A stretch of 64,000 nt of DNA from NCBI GenBank assembly GCA_965203575.1, contig OZ241894.1:2028048-2092047 (forward strand), read 5' to 3'. The notes under the pieces are model-generated. The model saw only the letters and a list, made by a program, of their open reading frames with translations, searched no databases and was not told the origin of the DNA. The position numbers were made by a program, and so were the translations under genes. Every line of letters begins with the position of its first letter. The stretch's first letter is position 1. This stretch comes from Candidatus Aldehydirespirator sp. Lineage in GTDB: Bacteria; Actinomycetota; Acidimicrobiia; Acidimicrobiales; Aldehydirespiratoraceae. Positions 56,441 through 64,000 of this stretch are shown piece by piece.

Positions 56441-57566
56441 CGGTCTGCATGTACTGGATGGGCCACTCGTCCTTGGTGTACTCGTGGTAGGCGGTCACGA
56501 TCGTGCCGTCGTCGAGCTGGACCACGGTCGGGTAGCCGATGTGCCAGTACTGCCGGTGGGCCTCGCGCTCAGGCGAGTGGCAGTCGGCGATGATGAACTC
56601 GTTGGCCGGATCCCAGTTGATGCCGTCGGTGGAGGTGCAGCCCCTCACGTCCATGGGCTTGGCCCGGTAGCTGTACACGCTCAGCACCCGGCCGTCCTGG
56701 AGCTGGATCATGTCGGCGGGGTACCCCCACAGCCTGGTCCGCGTGGGCGGGGCCCACGTCACTCCGTCGTCCTCGGAGTGGGTCACCCACTGGTAGTCGT
56801 AGCGGGCCGGCCGGAACAGCACCCGGATCATCGACACCAGCCGTCCGTTGGACATGCGGGTCAGCGACGGCTCCTGGAAGTTGATGATCGACGCCGGGTC
56901 GAAGGCCATCGTCCCCCAGTGGTGCCAGTTGTCGCCGCCGTCGTCGGAGCGCAGCAGGAAGCAGCGCGACGGCTCCCAGTTGACCCCGCCGCCGAGGATG
57001 TAGCCGTCGGGGCTGAGGGTGCCCTCCAGGGGCATCAGCAGCCCGCCGTCGGGCAGCTCCACCACATGGCCTGACCCGGTCCCGCCGGCCAGGCATCCCG
57101 CAGTGCCCGAGTCGGCGATCGGGTAGGTGCTGACCGGGATCGGACCGCTCCACGTCTGCCCGTCGTCGGTGGACTTGTAGACCGCGTAGCCGGTCTGGTG
57201 GGCCTGGACGTAGCCCATGGCCTGCTCGTCGATGCGGTTGGCGATGGCTCCGGGGGCGTTGATGAAGCCGCAGATGCGGGTGTGCATGATGATGGTGCCG
57301 TCGCTGATCTGGGCGAAGGCGCAGTCCCAGTTGCCGGTGTGCTCGGTGTAGTCCTCCACCACCACCCGGGTGCTGGGGTCCCAGCTCCTGCCCCCGTCGG
57401 ACGACTTGATCAGGCACGACCGGCCGGTGTCGGCGTGCATCGGGCCCCGCTCCTCGTTGTAGCCCAGCAGCAGGTCGCCGTTCTGGAGCTTCACGATGCT
57501 GCCCTGGTTGCAGCACCGGTCGGGGTCGTGATAGGCGTCGACTACTTCGGCGTCCACTCTGCGCAT
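56421..57566 (-). CDS. BNR/Asp-box repeat protein (sialidase-like beta-propeller), no signal peptide
   Basis: Asp-boxes SSDGGRSW, STDDGQTW, SDDGGDNW and SEDDGVTW. A GGGGGA RBS precedes MRRVDAEV. Confidence 0.75.
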   Translation of the reverse strand: MRRVDAEVVDAYHDPDRCCNQGSIVKLQNGDLLLGYNEERGPMHADTGRSCLIKSSDGGRSWDPSTRVVVEDYTEHTGNWDCAFAQISDGTIIMHTRICGFINAPGAIANRIDEQAMGYVQAHQTGYAVYKSTDDGQTWSGPIPVSTYPIADSGTAGCLAGGTGSGHVVELPDGGLLMPLEGTLSPDGYILGGGVNWEPSRCFLLRSDDGGDNWHHWGTMAFDPASIINFQEPSLTRMSNGRLVSMIRVLFRPARYDYQWVTHSEDDGVTWAPPTRTRLWGYPADMIQLQDGRVLSVYSYRAKPMDVRGCTSTDGINWDPANEFIIADCHSPEREAHRQYWHIGYPTVVQLDDGTIVTAYHEYTKDEWPIQYMQTARFRLD

Positions 57567-57776
57567 TGGTTGGTCCCCCTGTGGCGTCGGGATGAGGCCG
57601 CCGGGCGGTTCCGGGGCCTCCGGCTGCGATGTATACCTCATACATCACGCCGGAGGCAAAGGGGGGAGGGGCTTCGTCTCCCGGCGAGAAGGGCGCTCAG
57701 TCCTGGGCCAGGCCCAAGCCACCCGCTCCGCCGGCCTCACCGTGATTGGAGCCTGATCGACCCGCGCCGAGTGCGA

Positions 57777-58706
57777 TCAGTCCCGGGCCAGGTGCGTGAT
57801 CAGTAGAACGACCGCGAAGCCGACGACGGCGGCGACGGTGGGGGCGGCCCACTCGCCGGCGGTGGGCCAGGCCAGGCCGGTGCCGGAGATCACCTCGTGC
57901 TCGTGGCGGCTGATCACGCCCACACCGTTGGGCCACGGCCACAGCACCCGCAGCGACCCGAACATCAGCCCCACCAGCACCGCCATCACCATGTTGCGGC
58001 CCTGATCCAGCAGCCATCCCAGCACCGCCGAGAACAGGCCCAGCCCCACCGCCGCGCCGGCCAGGAACACGGCCGCCTCGACATAGTGGAGGTCGGTCAC
58101 GATATGGAGGACCGCCCCGTACATGCCCAGCATCAGCAGCAGGAACGCGCCGCTGATCCCCGGCAGGATCATGGCGCATATCGCTATGGCCCCGGCCCCG
58201 GCCAGCACCGGCAGCGACGGGTCGGCCACCGGGCCCGACTGCAGGCCCAGGAGGGCGAACGTGGCCCCGGCCGAGACCGCCATAAGGACGGCCTGGACCG
58301 CCCCCCGCCACTCGAACAGCCGGCACGCCGACACCGCCGACGCCAGCACCAGGCCGCAGAACAGGCCGGCCATCGTCTCGGGGCGCTCCTCCAGCTGGGT
58401 CTCGATCACCGAGGCCAGCAGCAGGATCGTCCCCAGGATCCCGACCAGCAGCGGCACGATCAGCCACCAGTCCACCCCGGCCAGCCGCCGCCCGCAGCCC
58501 CGCCAGTCGCCCCGGAGCAGCCGCCCCGCCGCCCCGGCCACACCCCGGATCGCGCTCAGCAGTCGCTCGTAGATGCCGAGCACCACCGCGATCGTGCCGC
58601 CCGACACGCCCGGCACCACATCGGCCGCGCCCATGGCCACCCCCCGGGCCAGCCCGAGCGCCAGTCGCCGCCCCGGACCCCAGCCCGTCTCACGCCCACC
58701 GGTCAC
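57777..58706 (-). CDS. DUF368-family membrane protein (family linked to undecaprenyl-phosphate translocation)
   Basis: GAADVVPGVSGGTIAVVLGIYERLL, and the repeated ILPGISGAFLLLMLGMY motif. Confidence 0.8.
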   Translation of the reverse strand: MTGGRETGWGPGRRLALGLARGVAMGAADVVPGVSGGTIAVVLGIYERLLSAIRGVAGAAGRLLRGDWRGCGRRLAGVDWWLIVPLLVGILGTILLLASVIETQLEERPETMAGLFCGLVLASAVSACRLFEWRGAVQAVLMAVSAGATFALLGLQSGPVADPSLPVLAGAGAIAICAMILPGISGAFLLLMLGMYGAVLHIVTDLHYVEAAVFLAGAAVGLGLFSAVLGWLLDQGRNMVMAVLVGLMFGSLRVLWPWPNGVGVISRHEHEVISGTGLAWPTAGEWAAPTVAAVVGFAVVLLITHLARD

Positions 58707-58721
58707 GCCCGCCCCCTACCT

Positions 58722-58800
58722 AGCCCAAGTTCTCGGGTTGGTTTTGGGTGGTGGGTCCACAGGATTCGTCCCAAGAATCTGCGCCCGGTCCGCCCCGACC
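58722..58800 (+). repeat. Copy E3 of the dispersed intergenic repeat family
   Basis: cccaagttctcgggttggttttgggtggtgggtccacaggattcgtcccaagaatctgcgcccggtccgcc. Confidence 0.75.
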
Positions 58801-58808
58801 GCACCCGG

Positions 58809-59630
58809 TCAGGCCTGCGAGGCGAGGCGGCGGTTCTTGACCTTGGCCTTCAGGTAGTCCCGGTTGAGCACCGCGATGAAGTCGAGGCTGATCTCCTTGG
58901 GACAGGCCTCGGTGCACTCGCCGTGGTTGGTGCACGACCCGAAGAACGACTCCATCGTCTCCACCATGGCCTCGGCCCGCCGCCACCGCTCGGGCTGGCC
59001 CTGGGGCAGCACGTTGAGATGGCCGAGCTTGGCCGCGGTGAACAGCTGGGCCGCCGAGTTGGGGCAGGCCGCCACACACGCCCCGCAGCCGATGCAGGCC
59101 GCTGCGTCCATGGCGAAGTCGGCCACGTCCTTGGGGACCGGGATCTCGTTGGCGTCGGGGGCGGTGCCGGTGGGCGCCGAGATGAAGCCGCCCGACTCGA
59201 TGATCCGATCGAACGCCCGCCGGTCCACCATCAGGTCCTTCACCACCGGGAACGACGACGCCCGGAACGGCTCGATCACGATCTCGTCGCCGTCGCGGAA
59301 CTTGCGCATGTGCAGCTGGCAGGTGGCGGTGGCCTTCTCGGGGCCGTGGGGCCGGCCGTTGATCATCACCCCGCACGTGCCGCAGATGCCCTCCCGGCAG
59401 TCGTGGGCGAACACCACCGGCTCGACGTCGTCCTCGATGAGGCGCTCGTTCACGATGTCGAGCATCTCCAGGAACGAGCAGTCCTCCGGGATGTCGGGGG
59501 CGTCGACGTCCAGGAAGCTCCCCGGCTCATCGGGCCCGGCCTGGCGCCAGATCCGCAGCCTCAGCCGCAGCGTCGCCTGATGCCCGTTGCCAGAGCTCGC
59601 GCCCGAGCCCGACCCGTTGCCGGCGCTCAC
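58809..59630 (-). CDS. sdhB: Succinate dehydrogenase/fumarate reductase iron-sulfur subunit
   Basis: [22 protein letters not shown] and [10 protein letters not shown] clusters. The GTG start overlaps the sdhA stop (GTGA). Confidence 0.9.
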   Translation of the reverse strand: MSAGNGSGSGASSGNGHQATLRLRLRIWRQAGPDEPGSFLDVDAPDIPEDCSFLEMLDIVNERLIEDDVEPVVFAHDCREGICGTCGVMINGRPHGPEKATATCQLHMRKFRDGDEIVIEPFRASSFPVVKDLMVDRRAFDRIIESGGFISAPTGTAPDANEIPVPKDVADFAMDAAACIGCGACVAACPNSAAQLFTAAKLGHLNVLPQGQPERWRRAEAMVETMESFFGSCTNHGECTEACPKEISLDFIAVLNRDYLKAKVKNRRLASQA

Positions 59631-61549
59631 TTGTAGCTCCTCTGGGTGAGCTTCACGTACTCGAACTCCAGCGGCTCCTTGACCAGCTCCTGGGGCCGGT
59701 CCGGGCCCTGCCAGTCCCAGGCGGCCACATAGGCGAAGTTCTCGTCGTCCCGCAGGGCCTCGCCCTCGGGGGTCTGGTGCTCCTCCCGGAAGTGCCCGCC
59801 GCAGGACTCCTCCCGGTGCAGGGCGTCGCGCACCTTCAACTCGGCCATCTCCATGAAGTCGTCCACCCGGTTGACCTGCTCCAGCGACTGGTTGGTGGTG
59901 TCGGCCGAGCCCAGCACCTTCACGTTGGCCCTGAACTCCTCCCGCAGCGCCGGGATCTCGGTCAGCGCCTTCTCCAGGCCGGTGCGGTTGCGGGCCATGC
60001 CGCAGTACTCCCACACGATCTTGCCCAGCTCCCGGTGGTAGTAGTCCACCGACCGGGTGCCCCGCACCGCCAGCCACCCCCGGGTGCGGTCGTCCACCTC
60101 GGCCACCGCCGCCGCGAACGCCGGGTCGTCGACGGGCACCGGCGCCGCCCCCAGCTTCGGCGCCAGGTAGTCGCCGATCGTGTAGGGCAGAACGAAGTAG
60201 CCGTCGGCCAGGCCCTGCATCAGCGCCGACGCGCCCAGCCGGTTGGCCCCGTGGTCCGAGAAGTTGCACTCGCCCAACGCATAGAGCCCCGGCACGTTGG
60301 TCATCAGGTTGTAGTCCACCCACAGCCCGCCCATCGTGTAGTGGGTGGCCGGGTAGATGCGCATGGGGGAGCGGTAGGGGTCCTCGCCCGTGATCCGCTC
60401 GTACATGTCGAACAGGTTCCCGTACTTCTCCCGCACCACGCTCTCGCCGTCACGGGCGATCACATCGGCGAAGTCGAGGTACACCCCGTTGCGCAGCGGC
60501 CCCACGCCGAGACCCTGGTCCACCACCGTCTTGGCGTTGCGGGAGGCCACATCCCGGGGCACCAGGTTCCCGAACGCCGGGTACTTCTCCTCCAGGAAGT
60601 AGTACCGGTCGGCGTCACCGACGTCGGCCGCGGCCCGGGACTCGTCCATGTTGCGGGGCACCCAGATGCGCCCGTCGTTGCGCAGCGACTCCGACATGAG
60701 CGTCAGCTTCGACTGGAACTCGTCGCTGGCCGGGATGCAGGTCGGGTGGATCTGGGTGTAGCACGGGTTGGCGAACGTCGCCCCCCGCCGGTGGGCCCGC
60801 CACACCGCGGTCACGTTGCAGTTCATGGCGTTGGTGGACAGGTAGTAGACGTTGCCGTAGCCGCCGGTGGCCAGCACCACCGCATGGCCGCTGTGGGCCC
60901 GGACCTCGCCGGTGAGCAGGTCCCTCACGATGATCCCGCACGTCTCGCCGTCCTTGACCACGATGTCGAGCACGTCGGCCCGGTTGTGCAGGGTCACCCC
61001 CCCGGCTGCGATCTGGGCGGCCATGGCCTGGTAGGCGCCCAGCAGCAGCTGCTGGCCGGTCTGGCCCCGGGCGTAGAAGGTGCGGCTCACCTGGGCGCCG
61101 CCGAAGGACCGGTTGGCCAGCAGGCCGCCGTACTCCCGGGCGAAGGGAACGCCCTGGGCCGCGCACTGGTCGATGATGTTGAGCGACACGTCGGCCAGGC
61201 GGTAGACGTTGGCCTCCCGGGAGCGGTAGTCGCCGCCCTTGACGGTGTCGTAGAACAGCCGGTAGACCGAGTCGCCGTCGTTGCGGTAGTTCTTGGCTGC
61301 GTTGATGCCGCCCTGGGCCGCAATGGAGTGGGCCCGGCGGGGCGAGTCGTGGAACGTGAACGCCTCGACCTTGTAGCCCAGCTCGGCCAGCGACGCCGCC
61401 GCCGACGCCCCGGCCAGCCCGGTGCCCACCACCAGGATCTTGAAGCGCCGCTTGTTGGCCGGGTTGACCAGCTTCACCGAGAACTTGTGGTTGTCCCACT
61501 TGTCGGCGATGGGCCCGTCGGGGACCCTGGCGTCCAGCGTCACACTCAT
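59627..61549 (-). CDS. sdhA: Succinate dehydrogenase/fumarate reductase flavoprotein subunit
   Basis: FAD-binding [28 protein letters not shown], and the Bacillus-type N-terminal extension. Confidence 0.9.
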   Translation of the reverse strand: MSVTLDARVPDGPIADKWDNHKFSVKLVNPANKRRFKILVVGTGLAGASAAASLAELGYKVEAFTFHDSPRRAHSIAAQGGINAAKNYRNDGDSVYRLFYDTVKGGDYRSREANVYRLADVSLNIIDQCAAQGVPFAREYGGLLANRSFGGAQVSRTFYARGQTGQQLLLGAYQAMAAQIAAGGVTLHNRADVLDIVVKDGETCGIIVRDLLTGEVRAHSGHAVVLATGGYGNVYYLSTNAMNCNVTAVWRAHRRGATFANPCYTQIHPTCIPASDEFQSKLTLMSESLRNDGRIWVPRNMDESRAAADVGDADRYYFLEEKYPAFGNLVPRDVASRNAKTVVDQGLGVGPLRNGVYLDFADVIARDGESVVREKYGNLFDMYERITGEDPYRSPMRIYPATHYTMGGLWVDYNLMTNVPGLYALGECNFSDHGANRLGASALMQGLADGYFVLPYTIGDYLAPKLGAAPVPVDDPAFAAAVAEVDDRTRGWLAVRGTRSVDYYHRELGKIVWEYCGMARNRTGLEKALTEIPALREEFRANVKVLGSADTTNQSLEQVNRVDDFMEMAELKVRDALHREESCGGHFREEHQTPEGEALRDDENFAYVAAWDWQGPDRPQELVKEPLEFEYVKLTQRSYK

Positions 61550-61562
61550 GTGACGATCCCGC

Positions 61563-62339
61563 TCATGCGACCACCCCTGCCTGGACCATGATCGGGAAGC
61601 TCAGGTTGCCGACCAGGATCGTCCCGGCGATCACCGTGGCCAGCCCCCGCCGCAAGTGGTTGAACCGCGGGTTGTTCACCCCCAGCGTCTGGAACGCCGA
61701 CCACATGCCGTGGTAGATGTGCACCGATAGCGCCACGTTGGCGACTATGTAGATGAGCGCCACGGGGATCGACGACAGCGACTCCACCACGTTGTGGTAC
61801 ACGTCGCCCCGGATGTAGTCGTCGCCCAGCCACCAGCCCCAGGTCAGGTCGGCCAGGTGGAACAGTACGTAGAGGCCGACGATGGGGCCGGTCCAGCGCA
61901 TGGTCCGGCTGGCGAAGTTGACGGCCACGTAGTCCTGCCCGCCGGCGTAGCGCTTGTTGCCGCTCACCCAGTTGGCCCTGGGGCTGCTGCGCCGGCTGAT
62001 CTCCTTGAGCGACCAGGCGCTGTGGATGTGCAGCACGAACATGGCCAGCAGCCCCATCCGCATCACCCACAGGATCAGGGTGCGGGGCACCAGATGGCCG
62101 CCCAGGTCGCGCAGCGCCTCGGCGTACTCGTTGATCTGGGTCGGGCCCTCGTACAGGTGCAGGTTGCCGATCATGTGCACGATCACGAAGGCCAGCAGCC
62201 CGACCCCGGTGACCGCCATCACGTACTTCTTGCCGACGGCGGTCTGGTAGATGTTCAGCGGCCAGGGAAGCTCCCGCCGGCGCCGTCTCAGCGGCGGCAC
62301 CCGCTCGGCGGTCTCCGGGGGAGCGACCGTCTGCGCCAT
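61563..62339 (-). CDS. sdhC: Succinate dehydrogenase cytochrome b subunit (b558-type)
   Basis: A five-helix membrane protein of 258 aa directly upstream of sdhA, with conserved His residues in the TM helices. Confidence 0.8.
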   Translation of the reverse strand: MAQTVAPPETAERVPPLRRRRRELPWPLNIYQTAVGKKYVMAVTGVGLLAFVIVHMIGNLHLYEGPTQINEYAEALRDLGGHLVPRTLILWVMRMGLLAMFVLHIHSAWSLKEISRRSSPRANWVSGNKRYAGGQDYVAVNFASRTMRWTGPIVGLYVLFHLADLTWGWWLGDDYIRGDVYHNVVESLSSIPVALIYIVANVALSVHIYHGMWSAFQTLGVNNPRFNHLRRGLATVIAGTILVGNLSFPIMVQAGVVA

Positions 62340-62384
62340 CCCCCAAACCTAATGGCGCTGCCAAACAGGTGCGACTACCCCCCA

Positions 62385-62440
62385 CCCCGAAATTGGTGCG
62401 GATCTTGGACCTCCGGTGGCGGTTTCGCCATCAATTCCGG
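62385..62440 (+). repeat. Hairpin element F1 (upstream of the PLD-family gene)
   Basis: ccccgaaattggtgcggatcttggacctccggtggcggtttcgccatcaattccgg is homologous to 63597-63653. Confidence 0.7.
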
Positions 62441-62489
62441 TGTGGCTGCTGCGGCGTGGGCCGAGCGAGGCAGCGGGTAGCTTCGGCGG

Positions 62490-63572
62490 GTGGGCGGCGA
62501 CACCGGATTGCGGTTGCTGGACAACCGGGAGTTCGTCGAGGACCTGCACCGCGCCCTGGCTGCGGCCGAGCGGCGGGTGCTGATCCAGGTGATGACCTTC
62601 GACGGCGACGCCTCCGGCCTGACCGTGGCCGGCCTGCTGGCCGCAGCCGCCGGCCGGGGCGTGGACGTGAGGCTGCTCGTCGACTGCTTCGCCCTGCGCT
62701 ACGTCAGCGACCGCAAGGACACCGACCCGTCTGTGCGGGATGAGGCCGCGGAGACGAAGGCCATGTTCGACCGGCTGAGGGCCGCCGGTGTGGCCACGAC
62801 CTTCACCCAGCCCTTCGGACCGGTGAAGTTCTTCGGCCTCAGCCGCAACCACAAGAAGCTCTACGTGGTGGACGACCACGCCTACCTCGGCGGCATCAAC
62901 ATCAGCGACCACAACTTCGCCTGGCGGGACTTCATGATCCGCACCACCGACCCCGCCATCGTGGACGCCCTCACCCACGACTTCGCCCGCACCGAGCGAG
63001 GCGACCGCCGCTCCGTGAACACCACTGTCCTGACCAACAGGGAGATCGAACCGGCGTTCACCGAGATCATCGACGGCGCGAGCCGCAGCCTCGTCCTCGC
63101 CTCGCCGTACTCCCTCGACGTCGGGATCGTCAAGCTGCTCGGCCAGGCCCGGGCCCCGGCCAAGGCAGTCATCACGGCCCAACAGAACAACTACCGCTGG
63201 CTGCGCCTGGCCGAGCCCTACATCTGGAGCCGCCTGGCCCGCGCCGGCGTGGAGCTGCACACCTACCCGGACTTCTTCCACGCCCGGTTCCTGCTGGCCG
63301 ACGACGACAAGCTGCTGGTCGGCTCGTCGAACTTCAGCCGCCACAGCTTCAGGTGCAACCAGGAGGTCTGCCTGCTGATCACCGATGCAGAGTTCATCGC
63401 CGGCTTCAAGGCCCGGATGCTGGCCGACACCGGCCCCCTGGAGCCCGCCGGGCGGAGCCACAGCCCCGCGGCCGCAGTCACGGGCGCGGTAGTGGCCCAC
63501 TTCTACTTCCACGCCCTCATCGGCGCGGCCTGGTTCGTCGCGCCCTTCACCCCCGCGCTCGCCCGCCGCTGA
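62490..63572 (+). CDS. Phospholipase D-family protein (cardiolipin/phosphatidylserine synthase-like)
   Basis: Two HKD-type motifs: NHKKLYVVDDHAYLGGINIS and FHARFLLADDDKLLVGSSNFS. Confidence 0.85.
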   Translation: MGGDTGLRLLDNREFVEDLHRALAAAERRVLIQVMTFDGDASGLTVAGLLAAAAGRGVDVRLLVDCFALRYVSDRKDTDPSVRDEAAETKAMFDRLRAAGVATTFTQPFGPVKFFGLSRNHKKLYVVDDHAYLGGINISDHNFAWRDFMIRTTDPAIVDALTHDFARTERGDRRSVNTTVLTNREIEPAFTEIIDGASRSLVLASPYSLDVGIVKLLGQARAPAKAVITAQQNNYRWLRLAEPYIWSRLARAGVELHTYPDFFHARFLLADDDKLLVGSSNFSRHSFRCNQEVCLLITDAEFIAGFKARMLADTGPLEPAGRSHSPAAAVTGAVVAHFYFHALIGAAWFVAPFTPALARR

Positions 63573-63596
63573 GCTGCGGCAACCCCCACTCCCCCC

Positions 63597-63653
63597 GGCG
63601 AAATTGATGCGGATAGTGGGCCTATATGGGCGGTTTCGGCATCAATTTCGGGA
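63597..63653 (+). repeat. Hairpin element F2 (downstream of the PLD-family gene)
   Basis: cgaaattgatgc - 30 nt - gcatcaatttcg forms a perfect 12-bp AT-rich stem. Confidence 0.7.
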
Positions 63654-63722
63654 GGGCCATTGCGCCTCCTCTGCCAGGGTGCCAGACTGATAAGCGGCAT
63701 TTATCAAGGCAGGAACGACACA

Positions 63723-64000
63723 GTGGAGATCACACAGCCGACCTGCACCGACCCGGTGATCTGGAACCAGTGGCACGTGATCAGCGCCCTCGACGAGATC
63801 AGCGCGGGCGTGGTGAACGAGACCCTCCTGCTCGACGAGCGGATCAGCTTCACCGCCACGCCTGACGGCGAGTTCTCCGCCTGGCGGTCGTCGCCCGACC
63901 AGCCTGCCGGAGCCGCCGTCGACACGGCCGGCCTGAAAGCCCTCGACGCCCTGCCGGTCAAACCCGAGTACGGCTACCTCTGGACCAGCCTCGGCGAGCC
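63723..64000 (+). CDS. Hypothetical protein, 5' part (runs off the window end)
   Basis: My own translation from the GTG at 63723 gives VEITQPTCTDPVIWNQWHVISALDEISAGVVNETLLLDERISFTATPDGEFSAW...EYGYLWTSLGE. GC3 bias is strong and there is no stop before the window end. Confidence 0.5.
   Translation, partial: MEITQPTCTDPVIWNQWHVISALDEISAGVVNETLLLDERISFTATPDGEFSAWRSSPDQPAGAAVDTAGLKALDALPVKPEYGYLWTSLGE

Noticed and set aside
1-64000. tRNA, rRNA, tmRNA, transposase, integrase or reverse-transcriptase genes
   Set aside because: A by-eye scan found no T-loop-like GGTTCGA(A/G)TCC contexts, no rRNA-like stretches, and no DDE, tyrosine-recombinase or RT motifs in any listed ORF. A tRNAscan, Infernal or ISfinder run would be needed to exclude them formally.

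Overview
This is a high-GC, actinobacterial-type chromosomal segment. GC3 is strongly biased, GTG/TTG starts are common, and long Arg/Pro-rich shadow ORFs lie antisense to the real genes. I found no tRNA, rRNA, CRISPR array, integrase or transposase by eye.

Positions 1 to about 30.7 kb are an accessory patchwork. They hold a paralogue family of SLH-type surface proteins: two complete copies plus 5'- and 3'-truncated fragments and displaced gene ends. They also hold two paralogous SLH-anchored M6-like metalloproteases, one carrying a homopolymer frameshift. Three DUF4143 AAA-ATPase copies are present (two intact, one fragment), together with an MBL-fold hydrolase and a Fic protein. Decayed hipA, NYN, Uma2 and retropepsin-like genes are also here, as is a DUF222/HNH plus VapE-like element remnant next to pyrE.

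Positions from about 30.7 to 64 kb are mostly housekeeping or catabolic. The genes are a sulfotransferase, DUF1214, TPR and DUF3179 proteins, and a KhtT/CPA2 antiporter pair. A GntR-regulated ABC importer sits with a DapA-family enzyme, an enolase-superfamily enzyme, a 2-hydroxyacid dehydrogenase, a BNR/Asp-box protein, a KGSADH-type aldehyde dehydrogenase and two PhyH dioxygenases. The remaining genes are DUF368, sdhCAB and a PLD-family protein.

At least 11 toxin-antitoxin-like modules or remnants are scattered through the window.

The most unusual signals are structural:
- Short tandem or direct duplications span stop or start codons of many genes, and two of them bracket inserted two-gene cassettes.
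- A recurrent family of small single-TM coiled-coil proteins ends in an R(L/V)ARIEGHL motif.
- Several dispersed intergenic repeat families are present.

No single clearly novel multi-gene system can be proven from sequence alone. All functional calls rest on motif recognition by eye.
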